Translations under genes and position numbers: made by a program
Origin: an uncultured Gammaproteobacteria bacterium
Lineage (GTDB): Bacteria; Patescibacteriota; Microgenomatia; UBA12405; JAHJSD01
DNA: 24,000 nucleotides
NCBI GenBank assembly: GCA_964468355.1
Contig: CAYXSV010000006.1
Location: 5,452 to 29,451, forward strand
Direction: 5' to 3'
Part shown: in pieces, positions 13,254 through 20,950 of the stretch
Position numbering within the stretch: the first letter of the stretch is position 1
How the letters are laid out: the number at the start of each line of letters is the position of its first letter
The notes under the pieces: model-generated
Database searches by the model: none
What the model was told of the DNA's origin: nothing
Seen by the model: the letters and a program-made list of their open reading frames with translations, nothing else

Positions 13254-15696
13254 TCACTTCGTACTTTTTTCTTTATACCAAAGCTTTATTAATTCTATTC
13301 CAATTAGATCCAGAAAACCGAATATAAAAACTATCAACAGCAACCAAGGGGGCAAAGGAATAGTACTAAAAATCTGACCAAGAAAAGGAACATAGGCCAC
13401 CAGTAACATAGACATAAAACCAATTAACACCGAAAAATTAAGTGTTTTGTTTGAAAAAGGATTAAACTCCCAAATATTTCTTGACAAACTGCGGGTAGCA
13501 AAAACAAAAAGTAGAGAATCAAAAGCCAAAGACAAAAAAACAATTGTCCGCACTATTTCTATTGAATATCCCAAATTAAGAAAAAATAAAAACAGGCCGA
13601 CTAATAAAATATCACTTACTAGGCCAACAGTGAAAATAATTGTCTTCACTTCTTTGTCTAAAAGCCGTGTATTTTTATCTCTCGGCTTTTGTTTCATTAC
13701 ATCACTAGTTCCTTTTTCATAAGCTAAAGACAGTGCCGGCAAACTGTCTTCAAACAGATTTACCCACAATATTTGGACCGGCAGTATCGGTAAGGGCAGT
13801 TTAAACGCAAAACTAAATCCAATCAGCATTAATTCAGTAAAACTCCCGGAGAGCAAATAAACAATAACTTTTCTAATATTTTCAAATATAATTCTGCCCT
13901 GTTCAACCGCAGTAATTATCGTTGAAAAGTTTGAATCCATTAAAACCATGTCGGCAGTTTGTTTGGCAACATCGGTTGCTTCCCCAACAACAATTCCAAT
14001 ATCAGCTTTTTTTAAAGCTAAGGCGTCATTAACTCCGTCGCCCATCATTGCTACTGTTTTTCCATTTTTTTGCAGTGCATTAACAATTTTAATTTTTTGT
14101 TCTGGTGATATTCGATAAAAAAGTTTGATTTCCTCAACTTTACCGGCCAAAGCAGATGCGGAAATTTTTCCCAAACTCTTTCCGCTCATCACCTCCGAGG
14201 ATTTCAAAGGACCATGGTTAAGATCCAAACGGTTAATTACCGCAGCTGCTGTTTGATAATAATCTCCGGTAATAACTTTTAATTTAATTCCGGCTTTTTT
14301 AGCCAATTTTAAAGATTTTTTTACTCCTTTTCTAGCCGGATCAGAAAAAAAGACCAACCCTTGAAAATCAACGTTAACTCCCTGCCAATTGTTTTCAACC
14401 AACTTTTTCCAAACGTCTTCTTTTATTGCACCAACGGCAATTGCCCTAAAACCCTCGGTAGTTTTTTCTTGTAATTTATTTTCCCAATCATTAACTTCCT
14501 CTTTTTTTAATTGCGAGTTTTTTAATAAAATTTCCGGCGCCCCGTAAATATAAATTATTCCATTCATTTTTCCGGCAGAAAACTTCCGCTGAGCAGAAAA
14601 TGGAAGCTGTTCTTCCACCTTCTCTAACAAATCTTCTCCGCCGGTAAAACTTGAGGTCTTATCTTTAATCCAGTCCCACAAGGCAATATCTACGGCATTA
14701 ACCAAACTGTTAGCAATAACCAGGGCTTTTTCCACTTCTGCTTTGTTTTTCGTTTCAACTTCAACCACCCGCATCTTACCTTCAGTTAAAGTACCGGTTT
14801 TATCAAGACAAATTACATTTACCGCCCCCAAAGTTTCTGCGGCCAATAGTTTACGAACCAGGCCCCTTTTTTTAGATATCCTCTTCATTCCAAGCGCTAA
14901 AACCATGGTTACCGAAATTGCTAAACCTTCAGGTATAGCAGCAACAGCCAAACTGACCGATAAAGTGAAAATTTCTTCGAAACCTCGTCCCAGAATTAAT
15001 CCTTCGACCATAACAATCAAGCATAAAATGCCGATAATTAACGTCAAAGTTTTTGCTAACTTCTGCACCTGAAGTCTTAAAGGAGTAGATTCACCGACCG
15101 TTCTTTTCAGTTTTGAAGCAATCTCCCCCATTCTCGTTTTTTTACCGGTTTTAGTAACTGAAAATTCAGCTGTTCCCGAAACTACAGTCGAACCCATAAA
15201 AACCTCTTCTTCCTCCTTTTTCGCCACTGGTCTGGACTCACCGGTCAAAATTGCTTCATTAACGTAAAAATCTCTTGAGTTGATAAGTTTTCCGTCAGCG
15301 GGAATTGTTTGACCTCTTTTTACAATAACAACATCTTCCGGAACAATATCAACCGCTTCAATTTCCTGTTTCTCCCCCCCCTCTTAGAACAACGGCTTTC
15401 GGTTTAACTATCCCCCTTAAAGACTCTAGGGCCTTTTCAGACTTGTATTCTTGAAAAAAACCAAGACCGGTATTAACAACAACTGCCAAAAAAATCACCC
15501 CGGCATCAATCAGCTCTCCTAAAACTAAACTTAAAAGGCCGGCAAAAAAAAGAATATATATTAATGGAGATTTAAATTGACTTACCAAAACTGACAGCCA
15601 AACTACTTTTTGCTGACGTTCAATTTCATTAGGGCCGTACTGATCCAACCTATTCTTCACTTCCCTATTGGTTAAACCGGAAGTTTTTTTGGGCAT
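13254..15696 (-). pseudogene. P-type (E1-E2) cation-transporting ATPase, PEGL type (Ca2+/Mn2+-like, P2 group), split by a 1-nt frameshift in a G8 tract
   Basis: The N-terminal ORF 15358-15696 carries the cation-ATPase N-terminus (GLTNREVKNRLDQYGPNE plus TM1-2). The downstream ORF 13254-15248 carries LTGESRPV, AAIPEGLAISV, CLDKTGTLT and MMGDGVNDALALKKADIGI. The gap between them translates in the second frame as EKQEIEAVDIVPEDVVIVKRGQTIPADGKLINSRDFYVNEAI, the actuator domain. Removing one G from the G8 run (15374-15381) fuses everything in frame. Confidence 0.85.
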
Positions 15697-16571
15697 TTTA
15701 TTTTAGTTAATTTTTTTAGTCGCCATGACATCTTTTCTATTTCTTGCTTAGTCTTTAAATCTGTTCCCATGATTGGTTTTAATTGGGACAAAGCAGTAAA
15801 TATATCTTTATCATAACTTATTTTACCTAAATATTTCTTTCCAGCCCAATTAATAATTACTTCAGTTTTTTGCTGATCAAGATCATATTTGTTTATAACT
15901 AATCGCCAATCTAAATTAAAGTTTTTAACTACTGACAATATTCGTTTTAAATCTGACCAGCCAGTTGGTGTTGGTTCAGTAACCAACAAAACTAAATCTG
16001 TTGATTTTAATGCAGCAGTTACCGGACAACCCAACCCCGCTGGAACATCAATTAACTTGATATCAAAGGAAAGCTCTTTTTTAAACTCAATTATCTCATC
16101 TACAATCTTGCCTGACCCGGTTTGGCCAGGATAAAGCTGCCCAGAAATCAAAGGAAAACCGAAAATACTTTTCTTAAACTTAATTTCACCATTAACAACT
16201 TTTTCCATTTTAATTATTTCCGGTCCTAAAATTTCTTGACACAAACCGCAACCCTCACATAAAAAAGGATTAATTTTCAACTGATTATCGCTGCAGCTAA
16301 TTGCTCCAAACTGACAGTTAACTTTAAAATCTTGACAATTAAAATCTCTTTTAATTACTTTAGCCTTTTCAGTTAGGGAAACTTTTTTCGTTTCATCCCA
16401 ATCATCAATCCCTCCCAACCACAAATGTAAATTGGGGGCATCAACATCAGCGTCAATTGCAATTATTTCCCGGTCACGGCTTAAAAGCATTGCTAAAGCA
16501 GAAGTAAACATTGATTTACCAACTCCGCCTTTTCCAGAAGCAACAGCAATAGTTAAATCTTTTCTAGACAT
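15672..16571 (-). CDS. MinD/ParA-superfamily P-loop ATPase with an inserted ferredoxin-like Cys cluster (COG1149 type)
   Basis: 299 aa with a deviant Walker A (ASGKGGVGKS). The Cys-rich insert is CQDFKVNCQFGAISCSD...NPFLCEGCGLCQEI. A later DVPAGLGCPV motif is present. Its ATG overlaps the previous gene by 19 nt and its 3' end overlaps the ATPase start by 25 nt. Confidence 0.85.
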   Translation of the reverse strand: MSRKDLTIAVASGKGGVGKSMFTSALAMLLSRDREIIAIDADVDAPNLHLWLGGIDDWDETKKVSLTEKAKVIKRDFNCQDFKVNCQFGAISCSDNQLKINPFLCEGCGLCQEILGPEIIKMEKVVNGEIKFKKSIFGFPLISGQLYPGQTGSGKIVDEIIEFKKELSFDIKLIDVPAGLGCPVTAALKSTDLVLLVTEPTPTGWSDLKRILSVVKNFNLDWRLVINKYDLDQQKTEVIINWAGKKYLGKISYDKDIFTALSQLKPIMGTDLKTKQEIEKMSWRLKKLTKIKCPKKLPV

Positions 16572-17404
16572 TTTTCTATTTGATAACTATCTAACTCTAA
16601 TAATTTCTTTTGGGTATAAGCTTTAATTATATTTGAACTATGAGGAATTTCAGCGATTATTTTCTCCTTATCAAAATAATCTTTGATTAATTTTAAATTA
16701 CCTAAATCACTTTGGTTAACTATTATTCGATAGTCCAATCCCAGTTTTTTAATAACTTCAATGATTACACCCAAATCATGTTGCCCCAAGGGCGTTGGCT
16801 CAGTAACCGCAATTGCTAAATCAACTTCCAACAGGGCATTAATTACGCTACAATGAGTTCCAGGAGCAGTATCAATAATTATTTTTTCCGCCCCAAATTG
16901 TTTGGCTTTTTCATAAGCATGCTTTTTTAACTGGCCGACAATAGGTCCTGTTTCCTCAACCCCAACCTCGGTTATTCCAGTAACTAAAAGTAAATTAGAA
17001 TAAATTTGGTTTTCATAAAAATGTGCTGTTAATTTTTTTTTGGGTTTTATTGCCCCATAGGGACAAATTTCCCAGCACAAGCCGCAACTAGCACACAATT
17101 CCGGGAAAAACTTCGGGTACTGACCCACCGGGGCAAAAATAGCATTAAAGCGACACTTCTGCCCACACAAACCACACTTTTTACATTTATTTTTAATTAA
17201 ATGAGGGTAGTTAGCGTAAATTTGTTTGCTCTCTTTTTTCAAATTCCGATTAACTAGAAGATGGTCGTTAGGGCACTCAACATCAGCATCAACAAGAACA
17301 ACTTTTTCCTTTTTAGCTATTTGGTTAGCTAATAAAATTGAAACCGTTGATTTACCCACTCCGCCTTTACCCCCGGTAACTGCAATTTGCTTAATTTTAC
17401 TCAT
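16553..17404 (-). CDS. MinD/ParA-superfamily P-loop ATPase with inserted 2x[4Fe-4S] ferredoxin motifs (COG1149 type)
   Basis: 283 aa with Walker A TGGKGGVGKST. It has two CxxCxxCxxxC(P) motifs (CKKCGLCGQKC; CASCGLCWEICP) and DTAPGTHCSV. Its ATG overlaps the CDF stop by 8 nt (ATGAGTAA). Confidence 0.85.
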   Translation of the reverse strand: MSKIKQIAVTGGKGGVGKSTVSILLANQIAKKEKVVLVDADVECPNDHLLVNRNLKKESKQIYANYPHLIKNKCKKCGLCGQKCRFNAIFAPVGQYPKFFPELCASCGLCWEICPYGAIKPKKKLTAHFYENQIYSNLLLVTGITEVGVEETGPIVGQLKKHAYEKAKQFGAEKIIIDTAPGTHCSVINALLEVDLAIAVTEPTPLGQHDLGVIIEVIKKLGLDYRIIVNQSDLGNLKLIKDYFDKEKIIAEIPHSSNIIKAYTQKKLLELDSYQIEKCLEKI

Positions 17405-18632
17405 TTCGCTTAGTTGGCTGAGAAAGCTCTTTTAATTCTCTTTGCGTAAATAAATTTATTACCTGCAAACCTGTATTTTCATCTGCCTGATAAATATCAA
17501 TCAGATAATCTCTTAAAGTGTGAAAAGATATTTCCCCAATTTCTTTTGTAATTAAAGTATCAACTTGCTGTTTGTTGATTAATTTCACCACTGCTAAACC
17601 AACTCTGACTTTTTTATTCACATAAGGATTTTTAATTATATAGCTTCCTTTAATTTTGTCCCCCTCTAAGTTGACAAACAAAAAGTAAGGGGCTCGTCCA
17701 AACTTGTTAGATAAAAAAGAATTTAGTCCTTGATCTTCTTCTATCGGCAAAACTAAATGTCTGAACTCATCAACATATGGCTCCACATGCACTATAAAAG
17801 AACTAACACCATCGAAATTATTTTTTACTTTCTCTTCAACTTGGTCCGCTAATTGATGGCTTTGTTTAACTTTCAGTTTCTTACTGACCCCAACTTTAGT
17901 TTGACCAAAAAGGTAAGGCCCGGATTTTCTTAGCTTTAAATCAAACGCTTCTTTTACCCCGGGAACGGATTCAACAACAGCAATAACTTTTTGCTTTACC
18001 TCTTCGTCAGGACTAACATCCATTAATCCTAGAATTCCCTCTCTAATCGTTTCCAAGCCGATTTTAAAAATTAAACCGGAAACTAGAAGAGTAATTATTC
18101 CTTCTACATAAGGTATTTGGTTTACGGTTGCTAGAGTACCCAAAAAGACTGCGGAAGAAGTAATAAGATGGGTTCGATTTTCTTTACCCAAAGAAATTAA
18201 ACTTTGAGAATTAATTTCTTTGCCAACTTTTATTTCGTAACGGCCAAAAAAGAAAAGGACTGCCGCATCAACTAATGATATTCCCAAAGCAAAAAAAGGT
18301 AGTTCAATAACGCCTAGCTTTTGCAATCGAGAATATCCTTGAAAAAACATTTGAATAAATGCGTAAAAAATTAACAAAGAAATAAACAGTGTCGCTAAAC
18401 TTTCTGCTTTGTAATAACCATATGAAAATTTCTCATCCGGATCTTTTTGAGCCATTTTCAATCCAAGCCAAGAAGCAAAAATAGTCAGCAAATCAAAAAC
18501 ACTGTGTAAAGCGTCAGAAATTAAAACAATACTGCCGGAAAGTAAACCAATGACCACCTTAGATAGGGCTAAAAACCCTTCTAATCCAGCCGCTGTTTCC
18601 GTTAATCGTTGACCCTTTTTTAAATCATTCAC
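17397..18632 (-). CDS. Cation diffusion facilitator (CDF) transporter fused to a C-terminal NifX/NifB-C-like (dinitrogenase FeMo-cofactor-binding family) domain
   Basis: Six TMs with the CDF TM2 motif SDALHSVFD, followed by the cytoplasmic CDF domain (VIAVVESVPGVKEAFDLKLRKSGPY...FIVHVEP). About 120 aa then resemble COG1433 (LVLPIEEDQGLNSFLSNKFGRAPYFLFVNLEG...VGLAVVKLINKQQVDTLITKEIG). The ORF track starts at GTG 18674. I prefer GTG 18632, which is preceded by AAGGAG and overlaps the upstream stop by 8 nt. Confidence 0.8.
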   Translation of the reverse strand: MNDLKKGQRLTETAAGLEGFLALSKVVIGLLSGSIVLISDALHSVFDLLTIFASWLGLKMAQKDPDEKFSYGYYKAESLATLFISLLIFYAFIQMFFQGYSRLQKLGVIELPFFALGISLVDAAVLFFFGRYEIKVGKEINSQSLISLGKENRTHLITSSAVFLGTLATVNQIPYVEGIITLLVSGLIFKIGLETIREGILGLMDVSPDEEVKQKVIAVVESVPGVKEAFDLKLRKSGPYLFGQTKVGVSKKLKVKQSHQLADQVEEKVKNNFDGVSSFIVHVEPYVDEFRHLVLPIEEDQGLNSFLSNKFGRAPYFLFVNLEGDKIKGSYIIKNPYVNKKVRVGLAVVKLINKQQVDTLITKEIGEISFHTLRDYLIDIYQADENTGLQVINLFTQRELKELSQPTKRNE

Positions 18633-18945
18633 TTCGATACTCCTTAATAATTTGATCAACTGACTGCCTTTCACCTTTGGCTACTGCCTGAATACCACTT
18701 GACTCTAATGCTTGTAAAGCATTAGGACCAAAATTGCCGGCGATGACTTTTTCTACCTCATTGTCGGCAATCAATTGGGCAGCAACAATACCAGCACCCC
18801 GTTGGCTATTTTCACCAGAATTTGAAATAACCTTAACATCATCGGGATTATTTAAATCCACAATTTGGAAAAAGGGACATCTTCCAAAACGAGAGTCAAC
18901 AAAATTTGTCTTTTTTTCGCCGTCTGCAGCAATAGCAATCTTCAT
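18625..18945 (-). CDS. NifX/NifB-C-like small protein (COG1433, dinitrogenase iron-molybdenum cofactor domain family)
   Basis: 106 aa. MKIAIAADGEKKTNFVDSRFGRCPFFQIVDL...GAGIVAAQLIADNEVEKVIAGNFGPNALQALESSGIQ is the typical pattern of this family. It has an ATGA overlap with the DUF134 gene. Confidence 0.85.
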   Translation of the reverse strand: MKIAIAADGEKKTNFVDSRFGRCPFFQIVDLNNPDDVKVISNSGENSQRGAGIVAAQLIADNEVEKVIAGNFGPNALQALESSGIQAVAKGERQSVDQIIKEYRSE

Positions 18946-19445
18946 CTTTTTCTAATCAGCTGACTGCCACATTTTGGGCAAACTTGCTGAAAACAAGGTA
19001 TTCCTAGTTTATGAACTTCTTGATAATCACATTCCGGGTTTGGGCAACTACAATATCCACCTGGACCTGCTTGTAAGGGGCCTCCTTTTCTTCCTCGGCC
19101 CTGTCCACTTCCTGGTCTACGCCCTCTCCCTGGTCTTCCAGAACCGTCACCTTGTGCCACTTTATTTTCACCTCCTTTCACTCTTATTGCTTGTCCTAAT
19201 ATTAATCCTTTAGCAACTTTTTTTCTAGCCGAGGTCAAAATACGCTGAATTGTGCTTTGTGAAACAGCCATTTTTTGAGCCGCGTCTTCTTGGCTTTTTT
19301 CTTGATAATCAACTAAACGAAGCACCTCTAGTTCATCAAAATTTAAATTAACTTCTTTTAAATGCGCTAAAGGAACATTGATCGGCTTAAAATAAGTTAT
19401 CTCTGGTATAAAATTAACCCGCCTGAGTCTTTTTGGTCTAGTCAT
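18942..19445 (-). CDS. DUF134/UPF0251 (COG1342) predicted DNA-binding protein with a Gly/Arg-rich linker and a C-terminal zinc-ribbon-like extension
   Basis: 167 aa. The N-terminus RLRRVNFIPEITYFKP...FDELEVLRLVDYQEKSQEDAAQKMAVSQSTIQRILTSARKKVAKGLILGQAI matches DUF134 with a sigma-70 region 4-like HTH. It is followed by GDGSGRPGRGRRPGSGQGRGRKGGP and CSCPNPEC...CPKCG. Confidence 0.8.
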   Translation of the reverse strand: MTRPKRLRRVNFIPEITYFKPINVPLAHLKEVNLNFDELEVLRLVDYQEKSQEDAAQKMAVSQSTIQRILTSARKKVAKGLILGQAIRVKGGENKVAQGDGSGRPGRGRRPGSGQGRGRKGGPLQAGPGGYCSCPNPECDYQEVHKLGIPCFQQVCPKCGSQLIRKR

Positions 19446-19453
19446 ATGTTATG

Positions 19454-19482
19454 AATATATACCCAAAACCACTATTTGTCAA
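19454..19482 (-). promoter_or_regulatory. Near-consensus sigma70-type promoter of the DUF134-NifX-CDF-MinD-MinD-ATPase operon; leaderless geometry
   Basis: On the minus strand: TTGACA (19482-19477), a 17-nt spacer, TATATT (19459-19454), then 8 nt to the ATG at 19445. Confidence 0.55.
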
Positions 19483-19533
19483 GAAAACTTCTTGTATTGA
19501 GCGATCGCGCATTTCGAGAATGAGTATTAGCTA

Positions 19534-20085
19534 TTAATTTTTTGTTAATTCCTCTATTTTGTTTAAAACTTCTTCCGGAGTAGAAACAATTTCATAAACC
19601 TGAAGTTCTTCTTGTCTGATTTTCATATTTTTACCGAATGCTTCCATAATATCATGCCACCACGACCCGTAAAGCAGCATTGGTTTGTGTTTGCCAAAAA
19701 ATAACCTGGCCAATCCCCAGGCCATTCCAAATTCGGACACGGTTCCTGTACCACCGTTAAAAATTACATAAACGTCACCAAGTTCTAAAAGCTTTTTTGT
19801 TCTCTGCCAATAATCCTCAGCTGTAATTTCCTCATCAACCGGATTATCAGGATCACGGCCTTCAAAATTAGTCATCCCTTCTCCGGTAAATCCTACCCCT
19901 ATTGATTTGCCGCCGGCCTCTTTTGCTCCTAACGTAGATGCTTTCATTATTCCAGGACCGGCTCCGTTGACAATAGTTATTCCTTTTCGGGCTAACAAGA
20001 AAGCTGATTTTTTCGCTGCCTGAAATTCTTCACCTTCCGGTTTTGCTTCAGAATGTCCAAAAAAAGTTACAGCTTCAATCTTCAT
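19534..20085 (-). CDS. LOG-family (lysine decarboxylase-like / TIGR00730-type) nucleotide-binding protein
   Basis: 183 aa. VNGAGPGIMKA and NGGTGTVSEFGMAW correspond to the GGGxGxMG and PGGxGTxxE motifs of the LOG family. Confidence 0.75.
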   Translation of the reverse strand: MKIEAVTFFGHSEAKPEGEEFQAAKKSAFLLARKGITIVNGAGPGIMKASTLGAKEAGGKSIGVGFTGEGMTNFEGRDPDNPVDEEITAEDYWQRTKKLLELGDVYVIFNGGTGTVSEFGMAWGLARLFFGKHKPMLLYGSWWHDIMEAFGKNMKIRQEELQVYEIVSTPEEVLNKIEELTKN

Positions 20086-20812
20086 AATCTGATAATAACA
20101 AATTTTTTAACTTTTGTGCATTATCAATTGCAAACCCTTGAAAATCATTATTGAAGTAACAATATACTTCAACCTCCTGACGGAGGAATTTTCGAATTTT
20201 CAATTTCCAATTTTCTAATTGCTGATCATTATATTTAGATTGGTAATAGCCGTCCGGGCCGTGGAAACGGAAATAAACAAAATCAGCGGTAACAATTTCC
20301 GGTGAAGGCGCATCTTGATGATCGTGAATGCAAAAAGCCAAATTGTTTGTTTTTAATAGTTCATATACCTCCTCGGTGTACCAAGTTTGGTTACGAAACT
20401 CAAAAACGAATCGGTAATCAGTCGGCAAAAGATTAACAAATTTTTCTAATCTTTCCAGATTTAAATTCCACTGCGGCGGGAGTTGGAATAAAATCGGGCC
20501 CAATTTTCGGCCCAACGGTTCAGCCCGTTTTAATAATCTGTTTATTGGCTCTTCGTCAACCATTAAATTTTTCATATGGGTAATATAACGATTGGCTTTA
20601 ACCGAAAAAACAAAACCATCCGGAACTGCATCTGCCCAGTTTTGAAAAGTTTTTTTGGTCGGCAAGTTATAAAAAGAATTATTTATCTCTACCGTGTCAA
20701 AATATTCAGCATAATAATTCAAACGCTTATTGGAAGCAATATCCATTGGATAAAAATCACCCACCCAGTCGTCGTAAGAAAAACCGGATGTTCCGATATA
20801 TAATTTCGACAT
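20075..20812 (-). CDS. DUF72 (UPF0759, YecE-like) family protein
   Basis: 245 aa. LYIGTSGFSYDDWVGDFYP...YYAEYFDTVEINNSFYNLP...GFVFSVKANRYITH...ILFQLPPQW is the characteristic DUF72 pattern. Confidence 0.9.
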   Translation of the reverse strand: MSKLYIGTSGFSYDDWVGDFYPMDIASNKRLNYYAEYFDTVEINNSFYNLPTKKTFQNWADAVPDGFVFSVKANRYITHMKNLMVDEEPINRLLKRAEPLGRKLGPILFQLPPQWNLNLERLEKFVNLLPTDYRFVFEFRNQTWYTEEVYELLKTNNLAFCIHDHQDAPSPEIVTADFVYFRFHGPDGYYQSKYNDQQLENWKLKIRKFLRQEVEVYCYFNNDFQGFAIDNAQKLKNLLLSDYED

Positions 20813-20824
20813 TTTATACTTAAC

Positions 20825-20833
20825 ATTTTAGCA
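20825..20833 (-). promoter_or_regulatory. Candidate extended -10 for the DUF72/LOG genes
   Basis: The minus strand reads TGCTAAAAT, 12 nt upstream of the ATG at 20812. Confidence 0.3.
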
Positions 20834-20868
20834 TTTGAATAAAACTTAAACCTGTTCCACTTTCTTAC

Positions 20869-20902
20869 TATCCTTAGCGCTACGATCGTAGAAGTTAGGA
20901 TA
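20869..20902. promoter_or_regulatory. 34-bp imperfect palindrome (possible operator) in the divergent DUF72/CapA intergenic region
   Basis: The sequence is TATCCTtagcgCTACGATCGTAGaagttAGGATA. The core is a perfect 12-bp palindrome (20880-20891) and the outer arms are 6 bp each. In total 13 of 17 symmetric positions pair. Confidence 0.3.
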
Positions 20903-20950
20903 GACACAATACTTTGAGTGGGAAAATTGACTAATTTGGTAGAATTGAAT

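Noticed and set aside
13254-19445. Interpreting the NifX-like/MinD-like genes as a nitrogen-fixation (nif) cluster
   Set aside because: The window has no nifH/D/K, no nifE/N and no radical-SAM NifB core. The NifX-like fold and NifH-related P-loop ATPases are widespread outside diazotrophs. I kept only the weaker metal or cluster-handling interpretation.
19501-19508. GCGATCGC (HIP1-like octamer palindrome) between LOG and the metal operon
   Set aside because: There is only a single occurrence in 24 kb. HIP1 is meaningful only when highly iterated, as in cyanobacteria. At most it is part of a weak stem after the LOG stop codon.
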